Below, piece after piece: positions 24,571 to 36,300 of a stretch of DNA of 64,000 bases (positions are counted from its first letter, which is position 1; every line of letters starts with the position of its first letter). The DNA lies in the NCBI GenBank assembly GCA_036172245.1, contig JAYWIR010000008.1:1550001-1614000 (forward strand). Reading direction: 5' to 3'. Position numbers and translations under genes: made by a program. The notes beneath the pieces are model-generated. The model had not been told where the DNA came from and ran no database searches. It was given only the letters and a program-made list of their open reading frames with translations. This DNA comes from Raillietiella orientalis. Its lineage: Eukaryota.

Positions 24571-25499
24571 CATTGGTTTTTCCTCCCTCTTTCCTATTTC
24601 TTTATCCAGGGGAGTTCCATTGGTTTCGGGTACTTCTCCAGCTGATACATTCTGGATTTATTTATATTAAACAAATGTCCAGGCAATCCGGGATCTTACA
24701 CATTAAATACATTAAACGCCGACGAGCAGCTCGGCAGCCGAGAAAATGGGAAAAGTGGGGAGAAGATCAAGGGGAGCAAAAACAAAACAAAATAAAATAT
24801 GATAAGGATTGAGGATCACCGGGAGATCGTGTTTTTGGCATAAGGATTGGGGCAGGAAAGGGAAGAGAACGGAAGGATCATTGGTTGTTTCCTCCTCGTC
24901 TTCTCACTCTACGAGAGATGCAGACGTCGTCGTCCTCCTTCACTCCTTGACCCAGGTGAGGCGATCATCCCGCTAGGAATGAAGGGAGATGGGGGAGATG
25001 AAGTGTTCGGCCTCCGTCCAGGGCCGTCGATGCTGCTTCGCGCGGCTGCACACAGCATGGCGAGTACAGCGGCTGTCGGAAGTCTCTGACGCAGATGCTG
25101 CTAAGGGAAATCCTCTGAATATGCGGGGCTGCAGTCATGTGCCGTCATCCTTTGCAGAAGAACTCGCTTTGTCGCTTTTATGCGAAGGTCTGGTGCCCAA
25201 GGAGAGATCAAGAGTGAGAAAGGGGTGTTCCTCGTCCGAGCGCGGACCGAGGTTTTCCAGAGCGTCCATCGCCCAAAAGGATTCGTCCCCAACCCCCCGT
25301 TTCGAACCCTCGACCTCCTTCTAGGGGCACCTGGCATCTACGCTGTCGCTGTGGGTCAACTCCTTTTCTCCGCCTTTTTTTGTCTGCGTAGCTTCTACGC
25401 CGCCATGCCAGCCGCTCTTGAGTCCGATGCACCCGCGTGCATGCGGAGCATCTCTTGAGCGCTGCTTTCTCGTGCCGGGAGAGGAACTTTTTCTTGATC

Positions 25500-28400
25500 C
25501 CATTACAAGATCATGTCTGTCGACGTGTTCTCCTCCGTCTTCTCGGAATGCGCCTAATATTGCGTGTTCTCCTTAATACAGCAGACACGTGCAGCTGCAA
25601 GGACTGCTCCGGGTCCACTGCTGTATTTGCCGCACTGTTGTCAGGGCTAATCAGAGATTCATTCCAATCGACATCTTCTCCATTTGCATGAACGAGGACG
25701 GCATGGAAGATTTCGGCCGTTTCGCTCCGGCCTGAGCCGGCTGTATAAGCAACTTCGATCGGATCAATCCCAATTAATCCCACTTGATCAGATCACGGTC
25801 CCTTGGACAACGGGATGGCGCGAGATGACCCCAATCCTTCTGAGCAAACTGCGAAGACGCTGATTTCTCTTATTGGGAAGCTAGCTTGGGGTTAGGGATC
25901 CCCACGTCACGTGACTCCATCGGCTTCCCTTGGGGAACTTGGACGCTCGCGCCGTGTCTAGGAGACTGCGCTCCCGAACTTACTCCACCAGGAAATTCTT
26001 GGTTCTTTAGGTGGCGGTTTCTAAGGAGCGGAAACGTCCAGTGGAACTCGGAAGCTCGGAGCAGCATCCGCATCGGCCGGTTATTAAAAACTTCTTTCGC
26101 CTCTGGAGAAAAAAAGAAGAAAAACAGTGGGGAGCGTCTGGTGGATTTTCAGCCACGAATAAAAGGGGTTGGTGAAAGGGTGACCCTAGAAACGGGGATT
26201 CTATTTTAAAATCAGTACTGGATCGTTTGCCAGCACGTCTTCTCTGTACCAAAGCTCTCATACCGAGATACTGTCGCAGCAGTGGACATGTGACGCTCCA
26301 GCAAAGGAGAGACACATGCCCACTGCTGCGACCTCGGGTCTCTGTTCCCGTCGCGGAGGTCAGCGTCAGGGACAAATTGCAAGGTTCGCAAAAGTCTGAG
26401 GTGACTTGGGTGTCGATAGGGAGAAGTGTGAGAAGGAACTCTTGGATTTATCTCTCACGCGCTGAGGGTCGCCATATGGCTTTCCTTTCACGAGGCGTCC
26501 CAAGAATCCCCCAACTCTCCTCAGCCATCACGAAAGTGTTTTGAGGATGAGTCGACTGCTGCATGCTGTTGCAAGAGCACCTGACTGAAGGCTCGAACCT
26601 AGGGAGGAGTGTGGGAACCTTCCCGGAGTGGCCGTCGGACAAGCGCGTGACCCGCGGGAGACGGGAAAAGGAGCAGGACCTCCCTTTCGCGACTCTCTTC
26701 CGTCCTTTCCGGTGGGCGTTCCTCCGGGATCGCTCGTCAGCCCGTTCTTTTCCCGGAGGAGATCGCCACGCTCCGATAGCGGCTTTGGCCAAGAGCGCAG
26801 CGCCAGCTGTCATTTCTGAGTTTGGTGGAAACAAAGTGGCCGCAGGTGAGTTCTGCGCAGGCTGCCACCGCGCCCCTATACGGCACGGCATGGCAGCACC
26901 CGCTCAGCGCGCCTGTGGTACAAAATCCCTTCAAAATCTTGACGGTTCCTGGAGGGAACGAGATCTCCCAAGGTGGGATTTCTTCCTCCAGGACCCGCCC
27001 TCTTTCTGTTCCCCGTGCCACCGCTTGTCGCTTGCGTTCTAGAATCTCCGGATCTCCCCTTTCACCATCTTACGATGCCGCTTGTCGGGCTTGTGCCGGA
27101 AGCTGCCTAGCAGTACCTGGAACCTGGAACAGGAACTCTCCCGAGGGGGAGGGGGGAGATGGATGCTCCCCGCAAAAGAAGGGCTCGTCCCGACGTGGTC
27201 AGGGGTTTTCTGGGAGCAAAGCACCAGGAGCTTTGTCAAGGAGAAGGACCTTTCCTGAAGAGAGGTGGAGAAAGTGGCCGAGCCGATGCAGTCCTGAGTC
27301 TTTCTGGAGTCACTGGAGGGGGGAAGCCGAGGTGCCCCCTCCAGAGACTCCAGACCTCCCTTTCTGAGAGTCCGAGATCTCGAATCGACCACCATGAAGA
27401 CCACCGGGAAGAGGCGATGAGAGCAGTCTGATGTGTCCACACCTTGGCGAATGATGCCTACGGAGTTCCTAGGACGTCCTGCACCTAGACTGAGATCTCT
27501 CAAGGTTCCTGAATCCTTTCTAGTCTTCCCGGCCTTCCTCCTAGAGCACCCCGATCCTTCCCAAGTTTCACTACGCGGATCAGGTGGTCCTGAAATTTGC
27601 CATGAGTAAATCTCAGGGTAGCTAAGTAGCCGGAGGCAATGAAAGGAGAGGAAGGAAAGGGAATTAGAGAGCAGTAGGGCTTCCGCTGCCGCTTCATCCC
27701 TTTGCCCTTCGTGCAACCTCCCTCCTGGTTTCTTCCCTGAAAGCAGCCTGCCGCTTTGCCAATTTTTCTCTTCTTTTCTGAAATGAGGGGAAGGAAGATC
27801 TCCCGAACCCGTGGCTGCCTCGAGGTTGTCCACAGATCCTCGGATGCCAGTGTTTCTGCTGGAGAGCCTGGCCGGAAGGGAAGCTCTATCTTCTAACGTT
27901 CTCGCTCCCCCCCCCCGTTTTAGCTGCCCCCAGAAAGGGGGAACATAGACTGGGATGATACCAAGAGCAGCCCCGGTTTACGGCGTACCCGGAGATAAAG
28001 AAGCTGTTCTGCAACCGGCTTGGGGGCAGGGGAGACTCGAACGCACTTATCCTCCTGCTCTTTCACGCAAAGGGCAACTGGAAAAGCTACGATCTGCAGC
28101 AGCACCTACGGCAACGTTGGTTGGTCCTAAGAGGATGTGATGTCTTGATTCCCAGAGTCGGAGGGACGACAAAGTCGCAACACCTCTGCAGAGGGAATGG
28201 GAAAGGGAGCAAGAGGCTGTCCTTTCTTGATGGCTACTGCTCCATGGTAAGGCTTCTGGCTAGCGGCGAACCGAGGTGGAAGAGTCTCCTGAGAGTTTTC
28301 TGGGAGGTGTGAGTTTGGCTCGTTCCTTCAGAGACCTCGGCAGAGCGCTCCAGACCGGTCCCGCGCTGCTCCAGGGTCTCTCTGAGAGACAGATTCGCCG

Positions 28401-29640
28401 TTCCTCTAGGAAAGCAGCGCACCCAAGACCGGAGTCGTGAGCATGACGCCGGTCGCAGGATCATGAACGTGAGGTGGATCTACGCGACGAACAGAGTCGT
28501 GTGTTCCTTCCGGGGCGCTGCTTGGTCCGCGATGCTTCTCTGGTTCCTACCTTGGAAGCACCACGGAGAGCTGAAGACATCCGCCGACGTCGGTGGCGGA
28601 TCACGTGAAAGTTCTTCCTCCCTATTCAGAAAAGTAGTGTCCCTGGTAGCCGGAAGACGCGATAGGACGCCGAGGCCGAAGGGGAAGAAGAGCTGGCAAC
28701 GCGCCCACGCAGAGGGTAGGCTCGAAAGGTTGGCGTCGCCCCTGAACACCAAAAGCAACTCCACAGCGTCATCAAAATACCCTCAGACCTCCTCGTCCTT
28801 TCCAGGAACCGCCGAACGGAGGAATTGCTGTATGCTGGAGGGGAGACGAAGCAAAAATCCTCTCAGGTGGCCAAGGGAACCCTCTCGATGCTCAGGAGGA
28901 GGGGTAGGGATGGATGACGTGGCTGCTTGACAGAGAGTGTCGAAGGAGATAGCGACCTCTTCCACCTTACCAGGCAAAACCTTTCAGATAAGGGGAGGGC
29001 CAGAGGATAAGTTGTGTGATGATGGTGGGAGGACGCGCGCTCGCCATCTGGATGCTTTGCAGTCTTTCGGGCGGGAGGAGCCGTGCCGGTTCCGTATTTT
29101 TCTTAATAATTCAGTCATTATTTTTCACGAAATATGCTCATTAAAATATATACTATTTGGGTTAATAGTTTCATTTTTACGTACGTCATTTTACTTGTTC
29201 GTAATTGCTCGATTGAAATATCACTGTGCAACTTTTCTAACGAAATCTTACTCAAATGTGGAGCTACTGATAATTTATAGTTTGTTTTATGGTGATTATT
29301 TGTTTTAATAAATAATTAAAATTATTGATAAGATACTGACTATAAGTTTTATTACTGCAAAAACATTTTTGAAAGTATGGAGTAAAAACCTCTTCGTACT
29401 TTGCTAAGCTTTTTCATTACTATTTCTTTTTTGGTATAATCAAAATAAGTGTCAACCATAGTAATAAAAATACACCACTAATGCCATCCATTTTGTTGCA
29501 GTGTCTGAACCAGCAGTTAATTTATACACACCATCACTTGTTGCAAAGTAAACATTGTCATTTTTATCTACTGCCATGCTTACCGCAGCTCTCTTCTTTC
29601 TTCCTCCTCTCCACAGTTGTGACTCCTGAGAGTGGAATCA
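25500..29640 (-). mobile_element. Degenerate APE-RT LINE (Jockey/I/R1/Tad-like), with the endonuclease split by an AT-rich insert
   Basis: In order on the minus strand: QESQL (~29618), VEEVAI..IPTPP (~28965), LLVFRGDAN (~28755, cf. GDFN), TTFLN..TSADV..ADQ (cf. LN..IDL..SDH), ISGPPD (~27597, cf. PGPDG), KAGKTRKDSGTLRDLSL (cf. KPGK..YRPISL), FRKGPS (~27257), QKTPDHV (~27211, cf. KAFDxV), QYLGM (~26273) and GIDPIEV (~25771). Confidence 0.75.
29095..29583 (-). pseudogene. AT-rich bacterial-like (Mollicute/Spiroplasma-like) insert with a degenerate beta-propeller repeat fragment
   Basis: GC drops sharply to roughly 25-30% by eye. Minus strand 29580-29491 reads SMAVDKNDNVYFATSDGVYKLTAGSDTATK and continues MDGISG after a 1-bp frameshift in an A-run. 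Confidence 0.7.
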
Positions 29641-32449
29641 TCTAGGATTTCCCTTTACCCCCCGGGGATACGACAGGCGAGTTGGAAGGCGGTGCGCTTC
29701 CCTCCCCCCGTCCTGCAGGGAGAAGGAGAGAGGAGGGAAGAGGCGCAGCATGGATGTGAAGGGATCCCGTCCCACCGCTGTCTGCAGCCTCCGGATCGCT
29801 CTCCCGGGGCGATTCACAGAAGAAAAGCAGGAAGGGAGGAGCGAACGAGTCTCTCTAGTCCGCTGGGGCCGCCTTTTGGCTCCTGCGACTCCGCGAGTTG
29901 GTCCCGCGAGCGAAAAGCTTCCAAGAAATCCACCTCTGCCAACCTCCCCTCCCCCTTCTCCTACGGTCGCCCCAACAGACCGAAACTGAGAGTGCAGGGT
30001 ACCCAGCTCTTCGGTAGTATGGAGTTCTGGGAAGGCGACTCCCAGGAAACAGCGGGAGCAGGAAGGCGGAGTCAAAGCGTGGATCCCCTTCGCACTCTCC
30101 GCTCGGACGCTCTATCGAGGGAATGGGCGACCGGGAGGGAGCAAGGAAAAGGAACTCTCGGTATTGAGCTGGGGTCTTTTTTTGCGACCCCCGGGCAAAC
30201 CGACGGACGTGCAGTTTTCTGGGAACACACCAAAAAGATAAAAGCTGGAAGAAAAACAGCAGCATTGCCTTGGGAACTGCTGTTTCCTGCGCAAGAAGAC
30301 CGAAAATACCTGGGAAAGGGAAGGAGAAAAAAGCGAGCGGAGAGGAAGGAAGGAAGGATTCTGGGAAGAGAGGAATGGTCGAATTTCCGGCAGGATGTTT
30401 CGCGCTAGGATCTCGAAGGTTCCCGGGGTGACGGGGCAAAACAGTTTCCTTTCCCTTGGCACCACGGAGAGAGCGAGGCCGCGAGATGAGCCTGAAAGGG
30501 AGCGTGAATGTAGGTGGCTCGGGAAGGGAGGAACGGTCCGGAATTCCCAGAAGGAATCCCAGGGAGCGCTCCTTGACCTGCCCTTCTTCCCCCTCCTTCC
30601 CCCGTGCGGTCTCAAGCGTCTTCCAAGTGGACACGAATCCGGCCCCTCTCTTTACGCTTCCCTTCCTCGAGGGCCGGGTATCCTGGCAACGGACAAGTGT
30701 CGCCTCGTGGCCGCACGCGCGCAAGGGAGACCGCGCTCCAGCAGAACCGAGGTCAGGTGGCGTGCGAGTCGTCGGGCAGAGGGGAGATGAGAAGGAAAGA
30801 GGGAGGGGAGTCACGAAGGGAGGAAGGGACGAAAAGCAAATTGCAGAGTGGGCGGAGCCTACCCCTTTTCCGTATCCCAGACAACCTGTGGTTATTCAGT
30901 CAGGCGGGAACACGGCGGCGACTGGCAGGCGGCGCCGGCACGCCTCCGAGGCAACTGCGACAGCTCGTTCGCCCGTCGTCAAGGAGACCTCGCTGGGGAC
31001 ATCCCTTCCTTTTTGTCTGTCTCTCTCTGTCTCCCCTCCGCTCCCTTTTTTCCACGACCGCCACATTGAGGGGAGGGGAACTTTATCGCTGTTTGATGCC
31101 GCCCTGCGTTCCTGCGGCGCTCTACGCTCCCCCCCTTCAGGGTGTGTGCACGTGACGGGAGGAAGCTGGCCACGCCCGGGAAAGTCACTGCGGCTGAGGG
31201 CGCTCGATCGGATTCCTCCGACGTTCCTCCCTCCTCTTCCTGACAGAGGCTTCGGTTCCCCGCGAAATCCCGCGGGAGCGCTTCCCCGGGAAAGCCGGGA
31301 ACTCCCTCCCGTCATCGTCAACCCGCCTCCGTTCGGACGGGACGCTCAGCTGACGAACATCGGGAGCCTCGTCCACTTCCCCGTTCCCTCCCGGTTTCTC
31401 TTCTTGTCTCCAGGATCCCGCCGAAGGGCGTCCCGGTTCCCCGACAGAAAGAGCTCGCTCTTCGGGATAATCGAGGTCTTCCAGAAATGAGATCACAGGA
31501 TGGAGAGTTCCCCACGACATGGCAACCTCGGGGTCCCTGAGTATGTGCGCTTCAGAGAGACCACTTGGATGAGAAGGGGAGAGGGAGAATGGAGATTTTT
31601 CCCACCAAACACCACCTGAGGCTGGGACTCCCGGGATAGCGAGGGCGCTCCTTCCATAACCATCATGGTTTACTCTCGTCGTCTGTCATCGGGACAGCGT
31701 CGAGGGCCTCGGATACCCGTTTCCCTCTCCTCCCTCTTCCCCCTCCCTCCCGCGTGCCCTCCGCGATCTCTCCCCGCATGTAGCTAATGGGGAGAAGGCG
31801 TGAGTCAACGCTTCTCCCCGAGGAAGCGGTCCCTCTTCCCAGAATCCCCGATCGCTCTCTTTTCTCCCCCCGCTTTCTCACTCCGGAACGCGTTATGCAG
31901 TGGTGGCCGAAGCACGGCGAAGACACGGGAAGAATGCGCCTCCTCTCTTCCTCCTCCTCCTTTCATCCTTGCTTCCTTCTCCTGCTCGTGTGCCGTTGCC
32001 AAGCAACGCGCTGCTTCCGGAATTCAAGATGACTCCCTACTCAGTCGTCGTCTGTATCACGGACCGCGGCGGTGGCGGCCTATGAGAACGACCTCCTGTT
32101 GATCCCGTCCACCCCGGAGGTGGCGCCCGTAGCGCACTGTGAGTCAATGCTCCGAGGACCTCGGAGAGAACACGACTGTTCCCCTTCTCCCTTCCTCTTC
32201 ACGGGAGTTTCGTGAGAGGGGAATCCAGATCGCTTCTCTCCTGAATCTCCCTGAGGGGTGCTTTCACGCACTTTAGCGTGCTAGTGGGCGACTCCTACGC
32301 TGCAGGGGTGTGGTCCCACTGCCCTGGAAGGAAGGAAAGGCACAGGATCCGTTTCAGACGAGAGGGACTCTCTTGTTAGGACAAGCCGCATCTGGAAGCT
32401 TTTTTTTCGCCTCTCCCCCCACACCCACGGAGACTCCTTCTCCATGTTT

Positions 32450-35200
32450 CTCATGCTTCCCTCCCTACGAGATGGAGATCCGAACCGAATCCGTCCTCCT
32501 AAGGAGGAGAATTCCCATGCAGTTTTCGGAGGTGTCCGCTCGGAAGAATTGGAGGCCCTGTGCCGAGACTATGGATCTTTAGTGTGGACACTGGGGGGGT
32601 CCGAAAGACAAGAACCCCGCCAAAGTCAGAGGGAGTATCAGCGGCACCTGGCTGTCCGGCGTCGGCACCGGTAGCAAAAGCTGCCGGTGGCAGCGGCAGC
32701 TTCTTTCTTCCGGATCTCGCCCAATTCCATGGAACCTGCGTCTCGTAGGCTCGGAGGTCGAGATATCCTCGGGGGGCTATCCGAGGAGCGAAAGAAGAGC
32801 TCTGCTTGCTCCATCCTGTATCTTCTCCAGCTTTCCGCCGGGGGTGTGAACCGTCCAGGGAGGTGTGCCCTCTTTCGAGATAGAGGGCTCGCCCCTCCGC
32901 CGCGGAAGGAACCGCACTGCTCGGCTGCAACGCGAAAGAACGCTTAGGGGAAGGTTTCCCGTCCCCCTTTCGCGGGTCACGCTAGAATGGGTGAGCGTCA
33001 GGAACTTTGACGAGGAAACGGGACCAGAGAGGGGCCAGCTCCCAGTTTGTCGATGGTGGCACACAATGGGGCAAGGAAGGAGTAGGAGACCGCTGCTTTT
33101 ACAGGGGGCCCCAGACCACCTCCAGACAGGAAGGCCGCAGATTCCCTTTCCCCATCCGCAGGCACCGCGGCCATGCGACTGGAGAGCAGGACCGCTTCCC
33201 TCACGTTTATCCCGGCCTCCTTCCTGCCGTGCGAAACATCCGATTCCATTCGAACCCTGAGGTCATGCGGAGGAGAGATCCCGAAAGGTCTGTTGCTCCC
33301 CGAGCTTCCGTTTGCCCCGCGAACGCCCACGCAACGCTGGTAAAAGCGACACCCACGCACCTGTGGGGCTCCCTCTCTCGTGCTCACGTGAAAGGTTGCG
33401 CTCCTTCCTGCCTTCCTCCCGGGAACCCGGGGGAAACGAAACACAAACGCGTCTCGTGAGAGAAAAGAACCGAAGGAACACTCACCTTGCAGGGAAACAA
33501 ACTGATCTCGGAAGCTTCTTGAGCATTCTCCTCCCCAGGCATGTCCTTCCTCATCGCCTGGTTCCGTGGCTACGTCTGAGGGCTCATCTCGAATCGAATC
33601 TCGCAGACTCGAAGTAAAGAATGGTGATAGAGAGTTGTAATGGGGAAAGGTAGAGAGCAGAGAGTAGGAGAGTGGAGAATAAAGAATAGGAAATGGGAAA
33701 GAGGAGTAGGAGGGTCGTTTCTTTTCTTCTTTCTTGGTTCTGCTCCGTTCTTTCCCGTTTCTCACTGTGTGGGGATTCCAACAGAACTCGGTGGGTGAGG
33801 AAAGGGGAGCGAAGCAGTCATGCCAGAGAGGGGTTATCCAAAGGTCACTCTGACTTCTTGGAGCTAAAAGCCAGGACCTAGATTTGAACAGAGAAATGGA
33901 AGGCTCGAATCCCTTTGCCTTCCAGGTGGCAAGGAAGGGAAGAGAAGGTAGGCAATTCCTTCCCGATTCCGTGATTGCTGAGCCCTATCTTTTTTTCTTG
34001 TAGCCAACATACTCCCAGACATCCCGGTACACATTCCGAGTATGCCCAGGCCCCAGGAGAAGGCTCCCACCCTGTCCTGGGGCCACAGAGCTGCTCCGAA
34101 CTTGCTCTTCTGTTCGACTTCTCCCTGTCGGCGAGGGCCAGCTAGAGTTTCCCTTCTAGAATGTGGAAGCGTCTCCCTGGAAGATCCGTGAAGTACCATA
34201 CTTTTTCGGGTCCCCACCTCTGATGACGGGCTCAGCGCGCGTTCCTGATGCGGGCGTAGCGGAGATGCAGGGAATGCAAGGAGGCTTTGGCGAAGGCACG
34301 GAAACGGATCGTGGAAGCTCCCTCAGGAAACATCGAACCGAAGGGAGGAAAACTTAGGAACAGAATTCCAAGGAATGTGGACGCGGGACTGAAGGAAGGG
34401 ACACTCAGAAAAACCGAGGACGGAGGGGTGATGGAGCCTGGATACGCAGTTCGAGAACTACGGTCATGCAGGCTTCTGGAGCTCGCGTGAGCCCACGTGC
34501 AGGTCGCCTTTTGCCGCAAAGTGCAAAAGAGGACAGTGGCTGCTGTCTGGAAGAATAAGAGATCGGAAGAGCTGGCGGCGTTCCGGATCATCGGCGTTTT
34601 CGATCTCTGGACTCTCATCCAAGCGTCCATTTTCATGAGTCCAGAGGCAATCTGCTGGATCGAAGTGAAATGAGAACCACGCTGCAGAGATCACAGCCTG
34701 CGCCAACAGAAAGGAAGGCACCCTTCTCCTCCTACAAAAACAAGGCACAGGAAGTTGAAGATCTGAAAGGCCTCTCCTCTTCCAAGATCGGATGGCGTTC
34801 ACCTTCCAGATGCATCTTTCTTACGCCTACGGTGGGCAGTAGAGACACAAGAAGCAGGAGTTGGTCTAGCTCGTGAGCTTTGCATACCTCGGAAGCCAAG
34901 ACTAATGCCTCTGCCACGGGCAGTGGAGCGCTTGACAAGGGACTCTCGTAGGCGGTCTCTCCGAACCAAAGCCCCTTTTCCAGGGAAAGGGAACCGGAAG
35001 CGCACTTCCGCAGCTGCTGCTGGTAGCAGTCGAAATACCAACCGAATGCAGAGCGGAGTCTAAGAACAAGAGTCTCGGGCGTTCTCCTTGCCGAGGAGCG
35101 AGGCAGTCCTGCTGGCGAAGGGGTTCTCCAAAGCTCGCCTCGATCACCGGAAGTCAGAAAATCAGGCTCTGGGTCCTCCCGGAGGGACGGGATCTCCCGC
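32450..35200 (+). mobile_element. Degenerate DIRS1-like retrotransposon with RT, RNase H, MT-like and tyrosine recombinase remnants
   Basis: FSEVSARKNWRPC (~32524), RNIRFHSNPE (~33231, cf. LGFxxNxEKS), VHIPS (~34027, cf. HIPG), APNLLF (~34093) and PYFFGSPP (~34196, cf. YAFPP). YR-like motifs follow: RKVQKRTVAAVWK (~34515), MSPEAI, AAEITAC (cf. AAISACH), GRHP (~34713) and EAKT. Confidence 0.65.
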
Positions 35201-35744
35201 GACGCAGCTGCCATCCAGCGGATGGTTTCTTCTCCTCTTTTCGATGCTCGTTGTAAACGAAACGATCCCTTCCCTCTGCATGGGCGTCGGCCAGCATTCT
35301 AGGAGGGGCATCTATCAAGAATCAATTCAAAGAAAGCTGCGCTCACTTTTCGAAGAAATCGTAATTAATTACCTGACTTTTTTCGAAACCGTTCATCATC
35401 GCGGAGTCTTTCTGTAACGCGAATAACACATTTCCTTTTACAGCGACCAGGTCCGCTTGTCATACGTGCCATCCAACATCCATTTGTCATCTTTTGAAGA
35501 AGGTCGCTCGGCTACTTTCCATCCCGCTCCATGCTTCACGATACGCCGCCTGAAGGGAAGAAGAAAAAAAGATTAAAAGGAAAACAGGTTGGGCCGTTGT
35601 ACTCCTGGTTTGGATGGCAGAACTCTGCACAACCACCTTGAGATCTCCTGGTAACCTTTCGGGAAACGGACGTGCGAGCCGAAACGATTAATCAAGACGG
35701 CTAGCCAAAGGCAGCCAGCCTTGCCACACGTACGCACGCGGGCG

Positions 35745-35781
35745 CGCACACACACACACGCACACACACATACACACACAT
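35745..35781. repeat. Interrupted (CA)n microsatellite
   Basis: gcacacacacacacgcacacacacatacacacacata. Confidence 0.9.
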
Positions 35782-36039
35782 AGGAGAGAGCGCGCGCAAA
35801 AGGACGGAAAGAGAGAGGAGGGGGAGGGGAATCCTACAAGAGAGACAGCACTTTCTTTGAGGCCTTGGGATTTCCGCTCGCCCGAACCGCGGGACCCACC
35901 GACGGCCCGAACCGGCGATGCAACTCGGCGGGCCTCTTTCTTCCCGACGCTCCGACGCGAATGAACGGGAACCGGCAGGCGGACCATTAGAAGATCGTCC
36001 AGGTCTCGTATCCACAGGGTCACAATCGACACTTTCGAA

Positions 36040-36300
36040 AACCAGATTGAATCATTATCGTGATTTGGATACATGAAAGATGACAGCCTCTGCCATTAGT
36101 GCACGCCAGCTCTAACGGGGGAAGATTCCCTTTGATTAATTGCCTGCGAAAGAATTATATAAAGATGACAGCTGGAGCAGATAAGAATCCGAGCTTGTCT
36201 TTCGCAGAAGAAAGCACTAGTACAGAGAGCAGTGAATGGTGAGTAAAAGTCTGCCGCATTCTTAAGATGCCTGCGTGTGGCCATGTAATTCCATCATTAC
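36040..36300. promoter_or_regulatory. Candidate cis-regulatory module (Hox/TALE, E-box and GATA sites)
   Basis: AAAGATGACAGC occurs twice (36076, 36161), with TGATTAAT (36133), CAGCTG (36169) and AGATAAG (36179) in a complex AT-richer island. Confidence 0.35.

Noticed and set aside
28937..29308. Hydrophobic 123-aa ORF resembling a membrane protein
   Set aside because: It crosses the GC/AT junction, and its hydrophobicity is explained by the T-rich antisense strand of the insert.
34450..34880. Apparent CCHC plus RLE endonuclease (CRL..AHV, PEAICW, VGSR)
   Set aside because: Its position directly after RNase H and MT-like motifs, and the matches VWK, AAEITAC and GRHP, fit a DIRS tyrosine recombinase better. 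The RLE reading is not fully excluded.
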